Below are positions 11,945 through 25,045 of a stretch of DNA of 64,000 nt, one piece after another. The stretch is from Selaginella moellendorffii (Eukaryota; Plantae; Lycopodiophyta): positions 533,805 through 597,804 of the forward strand of contig NW_003314284.1 in the NCBI RefSeq assembly GCF_000143415.4, given 5' to 3'. Every line of letters starts with the position of its first letter. Position 1 is the first letter of the stretch. The notes beneath the pieces were generated by a model, which worked only from the letters and a program-made list of their open reading frames with translations, did no database searches and was not told the origin of the DNA. The translations under genes were made by a program, and so were the position numbers.

Positions 11945-12190
11945 GGCCTGGACAGAAACCATTGTCTCCAGATGTTTCGAAAGCCAGGGAGCCGCACTAG
12001 AGCACCAATCACTGTTTTCTCTGCATTATTGGATTCCAGCCGACGCAAATCACCATCTTAAACACTCCCTTGTCCGAAAGGCCTAGATAAATCCATGCGC
12101 CCCTCAAAGCGATGGGATGAGCTAGCCTTCCATTTTATCTGCTTGATCGAAATGTATGCAACATGTGGCAGCATGGACTCTCAGGTACCG
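11945..12190 (+). pseudogene. PLS-class PPR gene remnant
   Basis: Fragments translate as GFQPTQITI and CLIEMYATCGSMD, typical of PLS PPR motifs. Frames are broken. Confidence 0.45.
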
Positions 12191-12524
12191 ATCTATTGCA
12201 CCTACCTCGGATTCTTCACCAACGAGTTTCTCGATCTACTTACAGGGAGCTGCACAATAGGATCGAACTTTAGCTTGCTATGAAAGTAAAAATAATTTGC
12301 TACTCCAACTCTTGTCATTTTGATCAATTGGAAGTTTATAACTATAATCATGTTTATAATTTATCAACACAAGGCTCAAGAAAGGTTTTGGATATGGCAT
12401 AGGATTAATATGTTATTATACAGCTCTTTATGAACACATTATAGATTGTTTTCCACACAGCCCAGCGTGTAAGTATGCATGGTTAACAGCTTTTTGCTTC
12501 TAGGCAGTATATTTGTATAACACC

Positions 12525-13290
12525 AGATGGCTGTTGCTGGTGATCAACATCGCCGCTTAAGTTGTTCCTGGGCATGACCACTATGGTAAAAGTAGCTAGG
12601 CCGAATGGAGCCCGAGAGTTGGCAAGCTTCCAACTCCTGCACTGAGCCAGTTGCTAGAGAGAGTCAGAAAGGCGATCGCTGGAACGCTGCTTTGGAACCG
12701 GTTACCAGAGATTCGAAATCACGCAGGCTTGACGTAAACAAGGAGCTTGGATCGCCCTCAGGTTACTAGAGGCGTAGAAACAGTTGGAGGAGGGAGGAAT
12801 GCTTCCCGATATCTGGTTTACGTAGAACGCTGAAGAACCTGAGAGTGTCTCTATGGTAGACGTTTGGCGGCAGCAGTATCGTCGAGGCGATTGAGCGCTG
12901 CGTCGGACTCCTCGAGCTCGGAGTGGAGGCCGAACTCTTTTCGGGATCTCGCCGTCGAAGCTGTTTTGGAAGAGCCACACACGTTTTGAACAAGCTTGGA
13001 AGCGTGGCAAGCTCCACACCGCTCAGATTGTTGTCTTGGACGTAGGTGAACAAGCCAAGAAACGTTGCGAGGGAATGGCCAAGCTCCCAATCTTACCAGA
13101 TGTTTCTCCGCTTAGCTTGTTGTCCGTGACAAATCTTCTCAGGTTTCTCAACGTGACCTTCGCAAGAAAATAGCAGTAGTGTTCCTCTGGTATTTCCATT
13201 TGAAAATCATTTGATTCACCGTGAACCGCAAGGTGGCACGTCAAGGGCAACCTTGTTAATCAGATCCTCTGGCCTGGACAGAAAACCATG
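12525..13290 (-). pseudogene. Deletion-riddled partial tandem copy of the adjacent LRR-RLP plus part of its upstream region
   Basis: Collinear blocks match 10215-11030 (e.g. GACGTAAACAAGGAGCTTGG, CTGTTTTGGAAGAGCCACACACGTTT). 13230-13290 matches 11865-11965. Confidence 0.9.
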
Positions 13291-13356
13291 CGCTAACTTT
13301 TGTTTTAGAAATTCAAACAAGAAAATACTATAGATCTAGTACTAGCGTAGCTGTAC

Positions 13357-14843
13357 TCAAACACTTGGATCGTTTACGTGTCCGACGAAGAGCACCACCC
13401 CAGTGGCATCCTCTCTCACCAAAAACATAAACGGATGATCCGCCACGAAGTCTTCGGGCTCCATCTGCACATTCAAAGCCCGGAGTGTCACCACCGCGGC
13501 GCTGGCGGCGGCGGCCTCGGTCCCCTCCTCGTTCACCTCCACAAACGCCTTGTGAAAAACGTCCGAGATGAAGAGATCGTCCCCCGGAGAGCCTTCCACC
13601 ATGCCCGAGAAGTCGGCGTGCGGCGGCGAGAATGCGAGGTCCAAGCCCATCCGCTTGAGCAGCTCCGGCGCTTGGACCCCCAGCGAGATCTTGAACTTCG
13701 GGAGCTGGAAGTCGCCCACTTCCACCTCGTGGATGCCCGCGAGCGCGTTTCCCATGGATTCGGCGTCGTGGAGGCTGCTGACGAGCGCCGGCAGGCCCTG
13801 GAGCTCGGCCGGGAGGAGAACGTACATGGAAAAGCTGCGTGGGTCGTCGCCGCGCTGGTAGGGGAGGCGGAGGACCTTGAAGGAGCCGTGGTTCTTGATA
13901 AAGTGCTTCTTGCTGCTGCGCATCATAAGGACTTCCTTGGTCTTGCCGCTGGGGAGGTGGAAGATCCCGTCGCGGGTTTGCGATGGATCCAGCTGCTTCT
14001 GCCAGGCGCCCTTGAAGTAGATCGCGCTGGCGAGGATGAGGCGGGTTTGGGGATCCACCGAGCCCTCGGGGAGGAGCTCCTCGATCTTCTTCTTGGTTGC
14101 CTCCGCCACCCACGAGTTGACGAGACCGCGGGATTCTTGTGCCTGGCATCTCAGTTCGCTATGTGAGAACTATCCAAGAACTCAAAGAAACAAAGCAATT
14201 CATGATCGCCCAAGCTCGAAGGAAAGACGATTCATGAATCACATCGATCACATCGATCAAAGAAACAAAATCACGATCGCCCAAAGAAAAATACAATCTA
14301 TCGACCATCAAGCAGTGAAGAGAGAAAAGCATGAGCACTTAAGAAAAAGCAAACAGTCGCTCCAATCAAAGAAGAGAGAAAGTGAAGAGCAAACTTTACC
14401 TTGTTCTTGAAATCCACGGGCCTGGCAGAAGCTCCATAGTTCTTCTCGATGATCTCCTTGTACTCGCCGCGGAGCTTCAAGCTCTGCTCCACCCAGACTC
14501 CATTGGCGAGGCTGAGCTCCGGCGCGCGGGGATCCGATCGCGCCACGCCCAGCAGCACCGAATTGAGCTGCTGCGCGAAATCGTGCATGAGAGACCCGTT
14601 TGGCAGCCTGACCACGGAGGTGAGCTGCTCCAGCGTCTGGCCCTTTGCTCCCGCGGCCGCCATCGCCATGGCCATGGCAATGCTAAGCGGAGACAGCACC
14701 ACATTCTTCTCGTTGTGCTGCTCCTCTCGATCGGTGCTGCTGCTGCCCTGTGGCTTGGATTCCTGCTGCTGCTGCTGCCATACCTGCTTGTAGAGATCGA
14801 GCGTGAAGCTCGTCTGATCGTGGATCATCCGGACCAGCTCCAT
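13357..14843 (-). CDS. Serpin (inhibitory, LR-type reactive centre loop)
   Basis: NVVLSPLSI, LSLANGVW, intron 14143-14399, IYFKGAW, hinge/RCL EEGTEAAAASAAVVTLR-A, FVADHPFMF. Confidence 0.95.
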
Positions 14844-15019
14844 GTCGGTGGTGGTGGTATGCTAGTGAAGATGACCTAATGAGATTAGTGTGTTGTTGCC
14901 TGGCACGCGCTCTTTTTAAATTAAAGGTCATGGACACGTCATAGATTGATCACAGTGAAATACCTTGACGAATCCACCACAGCCGAAGAGGAGTGCCACC
15001 ATTGCCTCAAAGTTGAGCG

Positions 15020-16240
15020 TCTTATAAGTATTTATTTTTTTAGATAAATTTTAAAAATGTAAATATATGTACATATTACCTTGCCTAGGTATATAATAAT
15101 ATAACATATGAATTGTTTATTCGGGATTGAATCTACTCCATCCATTTTGTATATAAATAAGGGTATAAATCCCAATCAATATAATTATTTCTATATCTTG
15201 AGCACATATTTATATTTATCTTATGGTGGTGAAGTGTTTTATTAAAAAAGCTCATCTATTTTTTTCTTCTTCCATAATATTTCTTCCTCAATTTTTCTTA
15301 CTTTCTCCTTTTTGTATTAATGCTTTAAACACTTTTTTGTTCAAAGAAGGGGGGATAAAGGATGGACATGAGTCTAACTTTAATAATAGAGTGAGAATGA
15401 GTGGATATGGTAGTGGAATGAGTATGAGCCCAAATCCTAATCCACATATTTATAACTTTCATAAAGAGTTATATTGAATAGTTGTAATAATGGAGTGAGG
15501 TCGAATATACATGGTAAAATAAAAATTACCACAACAAATCAAATGTTTCAAAATTTACATTTTCTTTGAAAAAGGCATAAAAAGAATGTAAAAGATAAAT
15601 GGAGTAAGTCTAACTCCTTATATGCGGTGTTAGATGAAGGTGAAAGTGATAAATCTGAGTTAATACAAGTCTTAAATATTAATCCAAGGAAAGTAAATGA
15701 TTATAAATTTAAGTTAATAGAGTTGGTGGGCAGACTTAAAGGTAGGATGTGTTATTTGCTATAATAACATTTTGTAAATTGAAATGACTCTTAAAGTCCT
15801 TTCCTTTAATTTAGTATTAGGCTTCAAGGTTAGTAGCTGCACTCTAAACCCTATAATTACTAATAAATAAATTTGAAATTAATATAGTTTAAAACATCTA
15901 ATCATTAATTTTTGTTTTAGCTACTAATTTTAAAATGTGACAAATTAGTTTTATGAGTACTTAAGATATGGGAATAAATACATTAATTGGGGTTAAAACC
16001 CCTACTTATATACATGAATAGATGGACCAGATTTGAAAATTTTGGACCATAGTCTATAATCATGTAACAAAACTTTCAAATGTTTCATTTAAGTTATTTC
16101 ATTTTTTCATTTTCTAGAAGGGAGGATAGTGTAATGTTTGTAAATATATATATATATATATAACACTTTACCTAAGTAATTTTAATTATAGTACTATAAT
16201 GTATAGAATTTCTAAATCTGGTCCATCTAAATTATAATTA
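15020..16240. mobile_element. Degenerate LTR-retrotransposon fragments (same family as 33072-35464, related to the Gypsy at 60420)
   Basis: LTR motif (TGTATATAA..AGGG) at 15140-15200 (+) and inverted at 15955-16040. The 15280-15630 internal segment matches the reverse complement of 33820-34190. Confidence 0.65.
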
Positions 16241-17078
16241 AATACCTAATAATAAGTTAATATAATAATTACTTTGTGATTGTCTATGATAAGAGGAAGT
16301 TTATATAGAAAAAAGGAGGTTAAATGTCAAATTATTTATTTCAAAGTTGAAATGTCATTTTCACACATTTCAAAATAAAATATTAACAGAAAAGCCTAAA
16401 GTATAAGTTTGTTTAACATATTAAATGAATTTAATTTAAATTATCATAACATAGCTAATAAAAACGTTATTTTATTTAAATTTTATATAACATAATTTGT
16501 AGTGCATAACATGAATAGCATAATTTATAACATAAATATTATACTTTTAAAACTTTATTGAGTTTAAAAATTAATCTCCTCTACTATTACAAAATCCTTC
16601 TAATGAGTACAATTTAAAATTTAATTTAAATATACTTAGTGTATTTAATATATTATATTTATTATTTTTCTAAAAAAATATTTATAAAATTAAATTTCAA
16701 AGTGTGTATAACATTTTTTGGGTTTTGGGTTGTAGATTGGATAGTGTGAATAAATACAAACATGGAAAATGAAAATTTTATTTATATTATTACTATGTTT
16801 TTATATATAATTTACATATATTATTGAACATATGTAAAGTAGTAAAATGATGTGCCAAGTATCTTCTGTCTCATTATAAATATTTTTGTAAAAAAAAGTA
16901 TAAATATCATATTATATAGAATATGTTTATGTTTTTCTTCCATTTATTTTTATTTATATAAGTTGTTATATGTTTTAGTTTTTTAATTAAATATAATTTT
17001 AATTTTAATTTTTAGAAAATTAGTTATTTTATATACAACCAAATTTTTATCCTTTAGTCTTTTATAATATTAATTCAT

Positions 17079-17128
<50 letters not shown>

Positions 17129-17380
17129 TTATTAGGCAAAGTAACTATCTTTAAAATGATGTAACTATTTATGTTTTTAAGTTATTATAAATAAATTATA
17201 TTATTATATTGTTATAAATACTTTTATTTTCCTAATATAAATTTATTTGGAAAAAATAGTTTGAAAATAATTAAAGCATAATATCAAATTTATTATTAAC
17301 ACAATAGTAAGTCCACGTTTATATTTAATTACATCTGTAAAATAATATAAGTACATGACTTAAGTAATTAAGGACACTAG
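16240..17380. repeat. Extremely AT-rich block with (TA)n at ~17083-17123, probably an eroded TE
   Basis: Very high AT content, ending abruptly at ACTAG|T (~17380), possibly an eroded Helitron-like end. Confidence 0.4.
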
Positions 17381-17723
17381 TAAAATTATATTCCGGGATT
17401 GGGCTTTTTGGGCGGGTGTGCGCTGTGTGAGAGAATCTCGCGCCAGGGTACGCAAGATCGGCGCTATTCCTTGGCCGCACATCGCAATCCGAGCTCCGGC
17501 GGGCTGCCGCGAGCTGATTCATCTCCGCGATCGCTGCCCGCCCCTTCAAATGTGGCTTCTTGCGTGCTGCTCAAGCAACGCAATTTAGATGCGCCGGGAG
17601 GCAGTGGCGTCTGCGGCGGCGCCGAGACGACGCCCGGGGGCAGCGGCGGCGGTGAGGCGTTGAGGCGGCGATGGGCGCTGGAGTTCTAGGTCTTGGTGCG
17701 CAATTGCTGGTGGGCTAGGTCAT

Positions 17724-18571
17724 ATGGCACAGACTGCTGCGGGAGGCAATGGATCGGGGGAAAGATCCGTGAAATGCTCGTACAGGAGGGTCACCATGCT
17801 GATTTGCACCGTGAATTTGATCGCGGTGCTCTATGTTCTTCACAGCTTGCTAGGTCCCCGCTACTTGAGCTCCTCGTTAGCTAGCGTTGCTCGTGGTGGT
17901 CACGGTAAGCTTGCCTCTTTCTTTCCTTCTTTTTCGTCTTCTTTTCCTCTCTCGTTCGTTCTTCCTTCTTTCCTTCTTTCGTTCTTCCTTTTTTTCTTTC
18001 TTTCGTATGAGAAAAATTCAGCTCTAGGAAAATGTGCCTGGCCAAAGGAAGAACTTGTCAAGCGGGGATGTTTACTTGTCTCTCCTTCTTTCCCGCTTTG
18101 ACAAAAAACTATTTTTTTCTTTGAACCTTACTCGATTTCATTCCAGCGACTAAGTACTCCGAGGAGGAGCTCCAGAAAATACGAGAGTCGCTGGAGGCCC
18201 GGAAAGCAGTGGAGCCTCACGAACTTATGAGACGGGTTTGTTCGTTCTTTTCTCTCTTTAGATCGCAAGAACAAAGTGAGCTAAAACAACAAATGGTGTT
18301 GCGAATCCAGGTGAAGGAGATTCAAGACGAGGCCGATTCCGATGTGTCCAGGACCAAAGAAATCGGCAATGCCCGGCAGAGAGCCGCAGACGTGCTCGCG
18401 CAGCGTCTCAAGGAGCTCAAGGAAGTGAACAACCAGATAAATCAGCAAGGTAACCTCTGATTCCTTTCGTGACTGTCAAAAAAAATCTCAAGGCTTCCCT
18501 TCCAAGCAGCGCTCGAGGAGTGGCGGAAGAAGAGGCTTGAAGGCGTCAAGAAACGCAAAGAAAAGATGTAA
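17724..18571 (+). CDS. Single-TM coiled-coil protein of unknown function (4 exons)
   Basis: SYRRVTMLICTVNLIAVLYVL TM segment. GT-AG exons join in frame: KYSEEELQKIRESL..EPHELM / ..LAQRLKEL.. / ALEEWRKKRL*. Confidence 0.75.
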
Positions 18572-18701
18572 AAATCACACACAGTCACACGAGAGAAAGC
18601 ATCCTTTATTATTCGTATATAAAAGGTTTTCAAATTCGATTTCCCGGGAAGGGAGGAGCCCTAGAAAAAGAGCAAAGGTTTTTTAGGGTTTGTGGAGCGC
18701 G

Positions 18702-19151
18702 ATGGATCCAATTAGCTTGAAGCGAAGGAGGCGACGGGGAAAGAGAGGGGGTAAGCGCAGCCGAAGCATCAATTACAACCATGGGAAGTCGTTCGCACCA
18801 TCGAATTCGCCCCCTGAGGGCGACGCTCATCCCTTTGCTCGATTCGGCCCACAGGTAAGAACAGCTGATTGCTCAGTCCCCTATGGCGGCAATTGGAGTG
18901 GAGTGAGTGGAATCGGAGGCAGCGCGGGCGCGATGGACGAGCCCTACGTCCCTGAATTTGTCGTGGCCCCGCCTGTCGGTGCGATCGATGCTCCGCGGTT
19001 CATCTCTCCAATTCCGACTAGTTTATTGAGATTTGGCGAAGCCGGTGGTGGCGGCGGAGGGGGGAAAGGATTGCTTGCGTCGCAAAAGCAACCCCCCTTT
19101 TTCAGCCTGGATGATCTGCCCGAGTTTGTCTTCCCTACATACGCTTTCTAA
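18702..19151 (+). CDS. Hypothetical protein with N-terminal basic NLS-like stretch
   Basis: GC-rich intronless ORF MDPISLKRRRRRGKRGGKRSRS preceded by TTTAGGGTTT (telo-box). Confidence 0.4.
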   Translation: MDPISLKRRRRRGKRGGKRSRSINYNHGKSFAPSNSPPEGDAHPFARFGPQVRTADCSVPYGGNWSGVSGIGGSAGAMDEPYVPEFVVAPPVGAIDAPRFISPIPTSLLRFGEAGGGGGGGKGLLASQKQPPFFSLDDLPEFVFPTYAF

Positions 19152-19761
19152 TCACCATAAAAAATCTAAGCCTCAAATTAAACATGGCACAAACCTGACA
19201 AACCCGATGTCATTAGCTCTCGTTTGCCACGAAAGGCCAGAAATTCTGACAAAAGTATGTTTACATTTGAATGTCATTATCTCTCCTAAGTCTTTGTTTG
19301 TCATAAAAGGCCAGAATTAATAATATGTTATCATAGACCATACACAGAGGACCAGCTTCTTGAACAAAACTGGATCCAGCCTCAATTGTCGAACTGCTTG
19401 GGATTGTCACTAAAAAGGATTTTGCTGTCACCACCCGAGTTTGCAGCTCTTCACTACACAGGTCTTCTCCTTTCATCCCAAGTAACAAGCCAGTGCTAGA
19501 GTTTAAAGCATGATCTATATTCCATCACATGGGAACTCTCATATGATTGGAAAAACAGGATTATAGAACATACATTGTGGTGTCTTAATTTGGACGATGA
19601 CAGCTTATATAATCCTATGACAGCGTATAACTGATGAATGTTATAGCTGTGATAATGCTTGCACACGACCTCCTATGCTTACCTTTTGTTTAGGTTTCTA
19701 AACACCGAATTATCTTATGGGATCTAGAACAACATTTACAAATATACTTTATCAGACTCTT

Positions 19762-22586
19762 TCATGTTGGGGGCTCTGATGTAAGTAGCAGCGCCTGGAT
19801 CTCGTCCAGCGTCTTCCCCCGCGTCTCAAATATCATCTGGCTCACGAAAACGGCCGCCACAACGCAAACCATGGCGAAGAACGCGTAGAGGGCCGCTGCG
19901 CCGTATTTGTGAAGCAGCTGTAGGAAGGTGAGGCCAACCACAAAGTTGACAATCTGTGGCATCAAAGAGAAACAAAGCTTCTTCTCAGTGTCTCGGCCGA
20001 GAAAATCCCATAGCGCTTACCCAGTGGATACACATTGCTATTGACATGGCTTTGGCTCTGATACCATCCGCAAAGAGCTCGGGTAACAAGAGGCCTGGAA
20101 CCGGCCCGGCTCCCAGCGCGAACATCATCACATACCTGCATTTTTTTCCCTCACAAGACAAGGTAGTGAGAAATAAAGACACGTTTGCTTACGTTAGAGT
20201 CGAAAAGACGGCGAGACTGCCCTGAATTGGTGCTAGCAGCGGGAATGCAGCTGCTGACGCTTGAATCGCCATGGCTACACCCTGCAACATCAAGAAAAAG
20301 GAGGAGATATACAGTTGTAGGGTTTTAAACTTGTATACCATGCCAGAGAAGCTAAGGATCAAAAGCGGTCTCCTGCCTTGCCTGTCCATGAGATACGTTG
20401 CCAGTAAAGATGCTACATAAACGGCATAAGCAGGCTCAGATCTGTCGACCACCTCGAATGTGGAGAGACGTACCGAAAAGATTTGCTATTCCAACACATA
20501 TGCTCGCGTAGACGTCAGAAGTGATTCCCGCCTGCCTGAAAACCGTGGACGAAAAGTAGAACACGGCGTTGATTCCTGCGAGCTGTTGGAACGCAAAAAG
20601 TGCAGCTCCAATCAGGACAACTGCAGAGTGAAGTTTTGGAAACAAGTGTTGCATAAAAAAAGAGCTGTATGCGTACCTCTAGAATACTGCCGATCCAATA
20701 AATCACACCATGAACGTCTTCGCCCGGCTTCAAGCTGCTCTTTTACCAGAAGATCGGACATCGCTTCTTTGACGTGCAGGGGGCCCCAAAGTCGTTCCAG
20801 CGACATCTCGGCTTTCCCATATTGCTTCCTCTGTAGCACAGCATCAGTCGGAAAAGTGGGAAAGGAAAAATTAAAAACAAAAGAGCTACCTTGAAAAGCC
20901 AGCGAGGGCTCTCAGCACAAAACTGCATTGCTACCGCAAGTAAGACAGCAGGTCCTGTTGATATCCAAAAGCAAACCCTCCACCTGCAATTTCTTAACTT
21001 GACAATCGAAACACCTTTAAGTGATTGAAGTTCACCAGCCGATGATGGAAGAGGAGGGAAATCCAGCTACAAGTGCTCCAAGGATCCCACAACATCCAGC
21101 AACTTGGAGCAAGCTTCCATACGCACCCCTCACAGCCGTCGGAGAAATCTGAAAGAAAGAAAAGGATGGCACTAACTATGACAAAACTCTTGGGTATGGC
21201 TATCTTACCTCAGAAACATAGAGAGAAGCGAGTGGTCCACTGAGTCCCAATCCCACGCCCACGAGAAATCGGCCATAGAGCATCATCTTGAGAGACATAG
21301 AAGACGCACTACATTGATCGCAAGGCATGAGAAAACAAAGAGGGAAGAAATAAAATCAAGAGAAACATACCACAAAATGGCTCCGGCGATCATAGGAACG
21401 CTGCTCAGCTGAAACGCGCGGCGCCGCCCGACGCCATCCGCGATGAGGCCACTCGCTGCGCATCCTACAAACGCGCCTCCAAGGAGCAGACTCACCAGCA
21501 GCCCTGCGCCCCGGTCTCATCACCAAGAACTCTAAATTTTTTAGAGCACAGCACCTTGGGCTATGGCGCTTCCGCCAAATCCGAGGTCCTGAGCGATGTA
21601 CTGGAGTGGCACATTCACAACTCTGGAACGAAGAAAAGATATTCGCAAGGGAAGAAAATTCAAAGAAAAGTACCCGATGTGGTAGCCAAACAGGACGGAT
21701 GCGATCGTGGCCACAGCGACGTGAGGAAGCGAGAGATCCCAAGGCGGATCGGAGCGATGTGATGGAAATGTCACTGGAGGATCGCCTGCCTCTGCCACAG
21801 AAAGAAAACATCCATGAATTCGGCCAAGAACAAGCAGAGAAGATCAAGAACACGGGAGCTATGCATTACAAAGAAACCTGGAGCTGATCGCTGCTGGTCC
21901 TCCCGTGCCGATGGCGTCGCCAGTAGGCGGATGTATCGAGAAGTCTCCCCGATCTTGAGCTTCACGACGGGATTAGAGATGTTCCTCTCCTCCTCCTTGG
22001 CGAGCACGAGCAGTCCACTGGTGTTCTTGAGAGAATCGACCAAACCCTGGCTGCCGCTGCTGCTCCTCGGACGATCTCCCCCTGATTCTTGGATGGTCGT
22101 GCTGCTCCCAGGGAAATTTTCGTTGCTGCCGCTTCGACAGATCAGCTCCACCGATCGCGGCGCTGCTCTGGACGATGCCGATCTTGCTGTTGTCACAATC
22201 GTCGAGGAGCCGCGCGCTGGCGATCTAGATCTGGAGGCTCTTCCTCCTCCATATTCCCCTAGATGACCTATATTTCCTGTTCTTGGAGCCTGGAAGCGAA
22301 CGGGGAGAGCCACGAAATCCAACCGCCTACCCGGGCGCCTGGCTCGCACCAAGGATTTACACTTGCAGCTTGACGATTTCGTGCGAGTCCAGAAGAATCC
22401 CTGCTGTGACCTGTGGCAGATCGTCGCCCCGGGCGCCTCGAGCGCCTGCGAAAGCCCTAGAGCGCCGCTCCTGGCGTGTGGAAGAATCGGGCGCCTGCAA
22501 ATGAGACCAGCGGATGGATGCCCTGGGAGAGAATTGGAAGAATGTGTCGCCTTGGATCGGTCACCAGGAGATGGATCCGTAGTCAT
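19762..22586 (-). CDS. Plastidic glucose transporter-like (MFS sugar porter, pGlcT clade)
   Basis: LPHVAVATIASVLFGYHIGVVN, DGVGRR, ESPRWL, FQQLAGINAVFYFSSTVF, MDRQGRR, LGAGPVPGLLLPE, ETRGKTL. Long N-terminal first exon. Confidence 0.92.
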
Positions 22587-25045
22587 AATCGATGCTTGAA
22601 AGCCAGCATTGCGATCGATGCTGTGAATATGAGGAGACGCTGTTCTTCCTTTTATAGGGATAGCAAGAACTAGACAGAGAAGAAGAAGCGGGAAGCTCAA
22701 AAGTCGCGGTACGAAAACAACCAATCTTCGCCATCGGAGATTATGACATATAAAATTCCGATCCAGAATTACAGAACGAAATCGGAGCTAGTCTGATATG
22801 ATGCCATTTCTGCTATAGAATTTTGTTCAGATATTTTAAAGTGTAGTGGATCAATAAACACTTATATAATTTTGCATATTTAACATTTATATGAGAAATA
22901 TATTTAGAAAAATATGTTAACTACATTAGGGTACTGTTACATGTACATTTGGCTACTGTTATATGTATTAGATGTATTACTATAACAAATTTTATTGACA
23001 TGTTTCACATGGTGAATAGTTTGTTTACAGAAGAACAAGTTTACTACAATAGCTTTTTCAAGTATAAACTACAAATAATTCAAATTTTTTTACTAAGAAT
23101 TGTATTAAATACTAATAATAGCAACAACCTTAGAGCATCTCTGCACATTGTGAGACACTTTTTTGTATGATAATTGAAAGAATTGCATGCATACTAACTC
23201 TTTTCTTTTTGTTTTTTAGTGCTATAGCACCAACCACTAGTCTATTGCATGTAGAACTTTCATCTAGTGGAGGTAAGAGTTGTATCTTTGTTTTCTATTT
23301 CTAGAAAACTGATTCATTATTTTCTAAAAGAGACACAGCGATCAACAAATGCCTCCTTCTCCCGTATAAAAACTTGGAACTTTTCAAACTCCTGAGTAGA
23401 TCAAACCATGAAGGATATACAGCATGGGGGAAAAATCATGTATAAGGATTTAACTTTGGTCATTTGACACCAAGAGGACTTTATCCTAGGTATTTTAATA
23501 AGAAAAGGATTTTCATATTAATTAGTTAAATATAAGTACATTTAATTTAGTGTTAAACATGCTAGTAGAATATACTATATGCCACATGTCAGGTCATTTT
23601 CAAGAGTGAAAGCCGACTCGGTAAGACACTGTGTGCTACTTAAGTTAACGTAGCAGAATGTTGAAATTACCTCCAGGTAAAAAGAAGCATCCTTTAGTTA
23701 CTGATTTTGCTTTTGGGAGGTAATCAACTCTAAGTTTTTGGAAGGTTGCCACATAAATAGAGATTGAGGATGATATTAAAGAATTGAATGATTATGCAAC
23801 ATTAAACATTGAAAGTAAAGTTACTGTTAGTTAGAGTTTGATGCAATTGAAGGCACAATGTTTTGCAAGATTTGCAAGGTAAATCCACGGACTAAGAATA
23901 TTTTTGGTAAATAGGGTACTAGTAATTTATGAAAGAGTGCCTTATGTAGTCATGCTAACTCTGAAGATCACAAGGAGTTTGTATTTACTAAGGAGGTGCA
24001 CAATAGGAACAACAATCAATTTCAAAAGCTACAACTAAACATTTACACCATGCTGAACAAGGGGTGTTTGTGTTATTTCATTCTACTTAATATATTGTGA
24101 AAGGATTTGCTCTATTCACTCATTTTCTAAAGCTAATTGAACTTCATTGATTTAATATGATGAACATTCCAAAATAATATCACAATGAGAAAGGTTGTTC
24201 ACGACTAATAACTTCTATTAATGAGGTATGTTTAAGAGACTATGTTAATTTGATTCTAACATGGTTCATATTTCACTTTAGGTTATGGTTAAAAATATCT
24301 TACAAAAAGTCAGGGAAAGTCTTTATTTTGGATTGATGGTGGATGAATTGACTGATATAAGGTATTCCTTAATTTGGATTTATTAGTTTACTTATGATTC
24401 AATTTATTTTCAGCATTGTGAAGCATTTGATTTTTTACATGACTTATATTGAATGTGGTTGTGTTGGTTGTGGACTTGGGGATTGTCAACATTGGTGATA
24501 ATAGTGTAGCAAGTATGTTTAACTGCATTAGCGATATGTTTGTCGCGAATGTGACTTCGGGTATCGAAAGTTACTTGTCGGCTAGTCCTTATGGACACTC
24601 TTTTCTTATTGCCACGATGGCAGGAGGTCAGTATTGCTAGACTTGTTATTAGTCTCTGCCTAAGCTAGTTAAGAAATTAGTCTTCGCGTGTATACTTGAC
24701 CAAATGAGCATAAGGATGGAATTCTTAAGTGCTATTAGTTAAGCATACTTGACTTGGTTAGAGAAACTCATTCGTTGACTTGCACTTGTTGGTGTTGGGA
24801 ACCCCGTGATATTGAGCTTGGTCTCTCAATATTCATTAAATAATAGCTTACTGTGTTTGCCAAACATGTTCGCTATCATGCCTTTTGTGTTAGTTTCATC
24901 TCAGTCCCAAATGCTATTTATGGAAAGTGTCCAAATTTGCTCATTTGGCATATCTATAGAATGTAGAGATTAACCTGAACATAATAGTGTTTGTCCTGTA
25001 TTTAAATTCGCAATCTAGAAACATTGCATATTTAATAAGTTTTGA

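Noticed and set aside
5279-22586. Starch-metabolism gene cluster (SEX4 + plastid glucose transporter)
   Set aside because: The genes are separated by unrelated genes, and chance proximity in a dense genome explains it.
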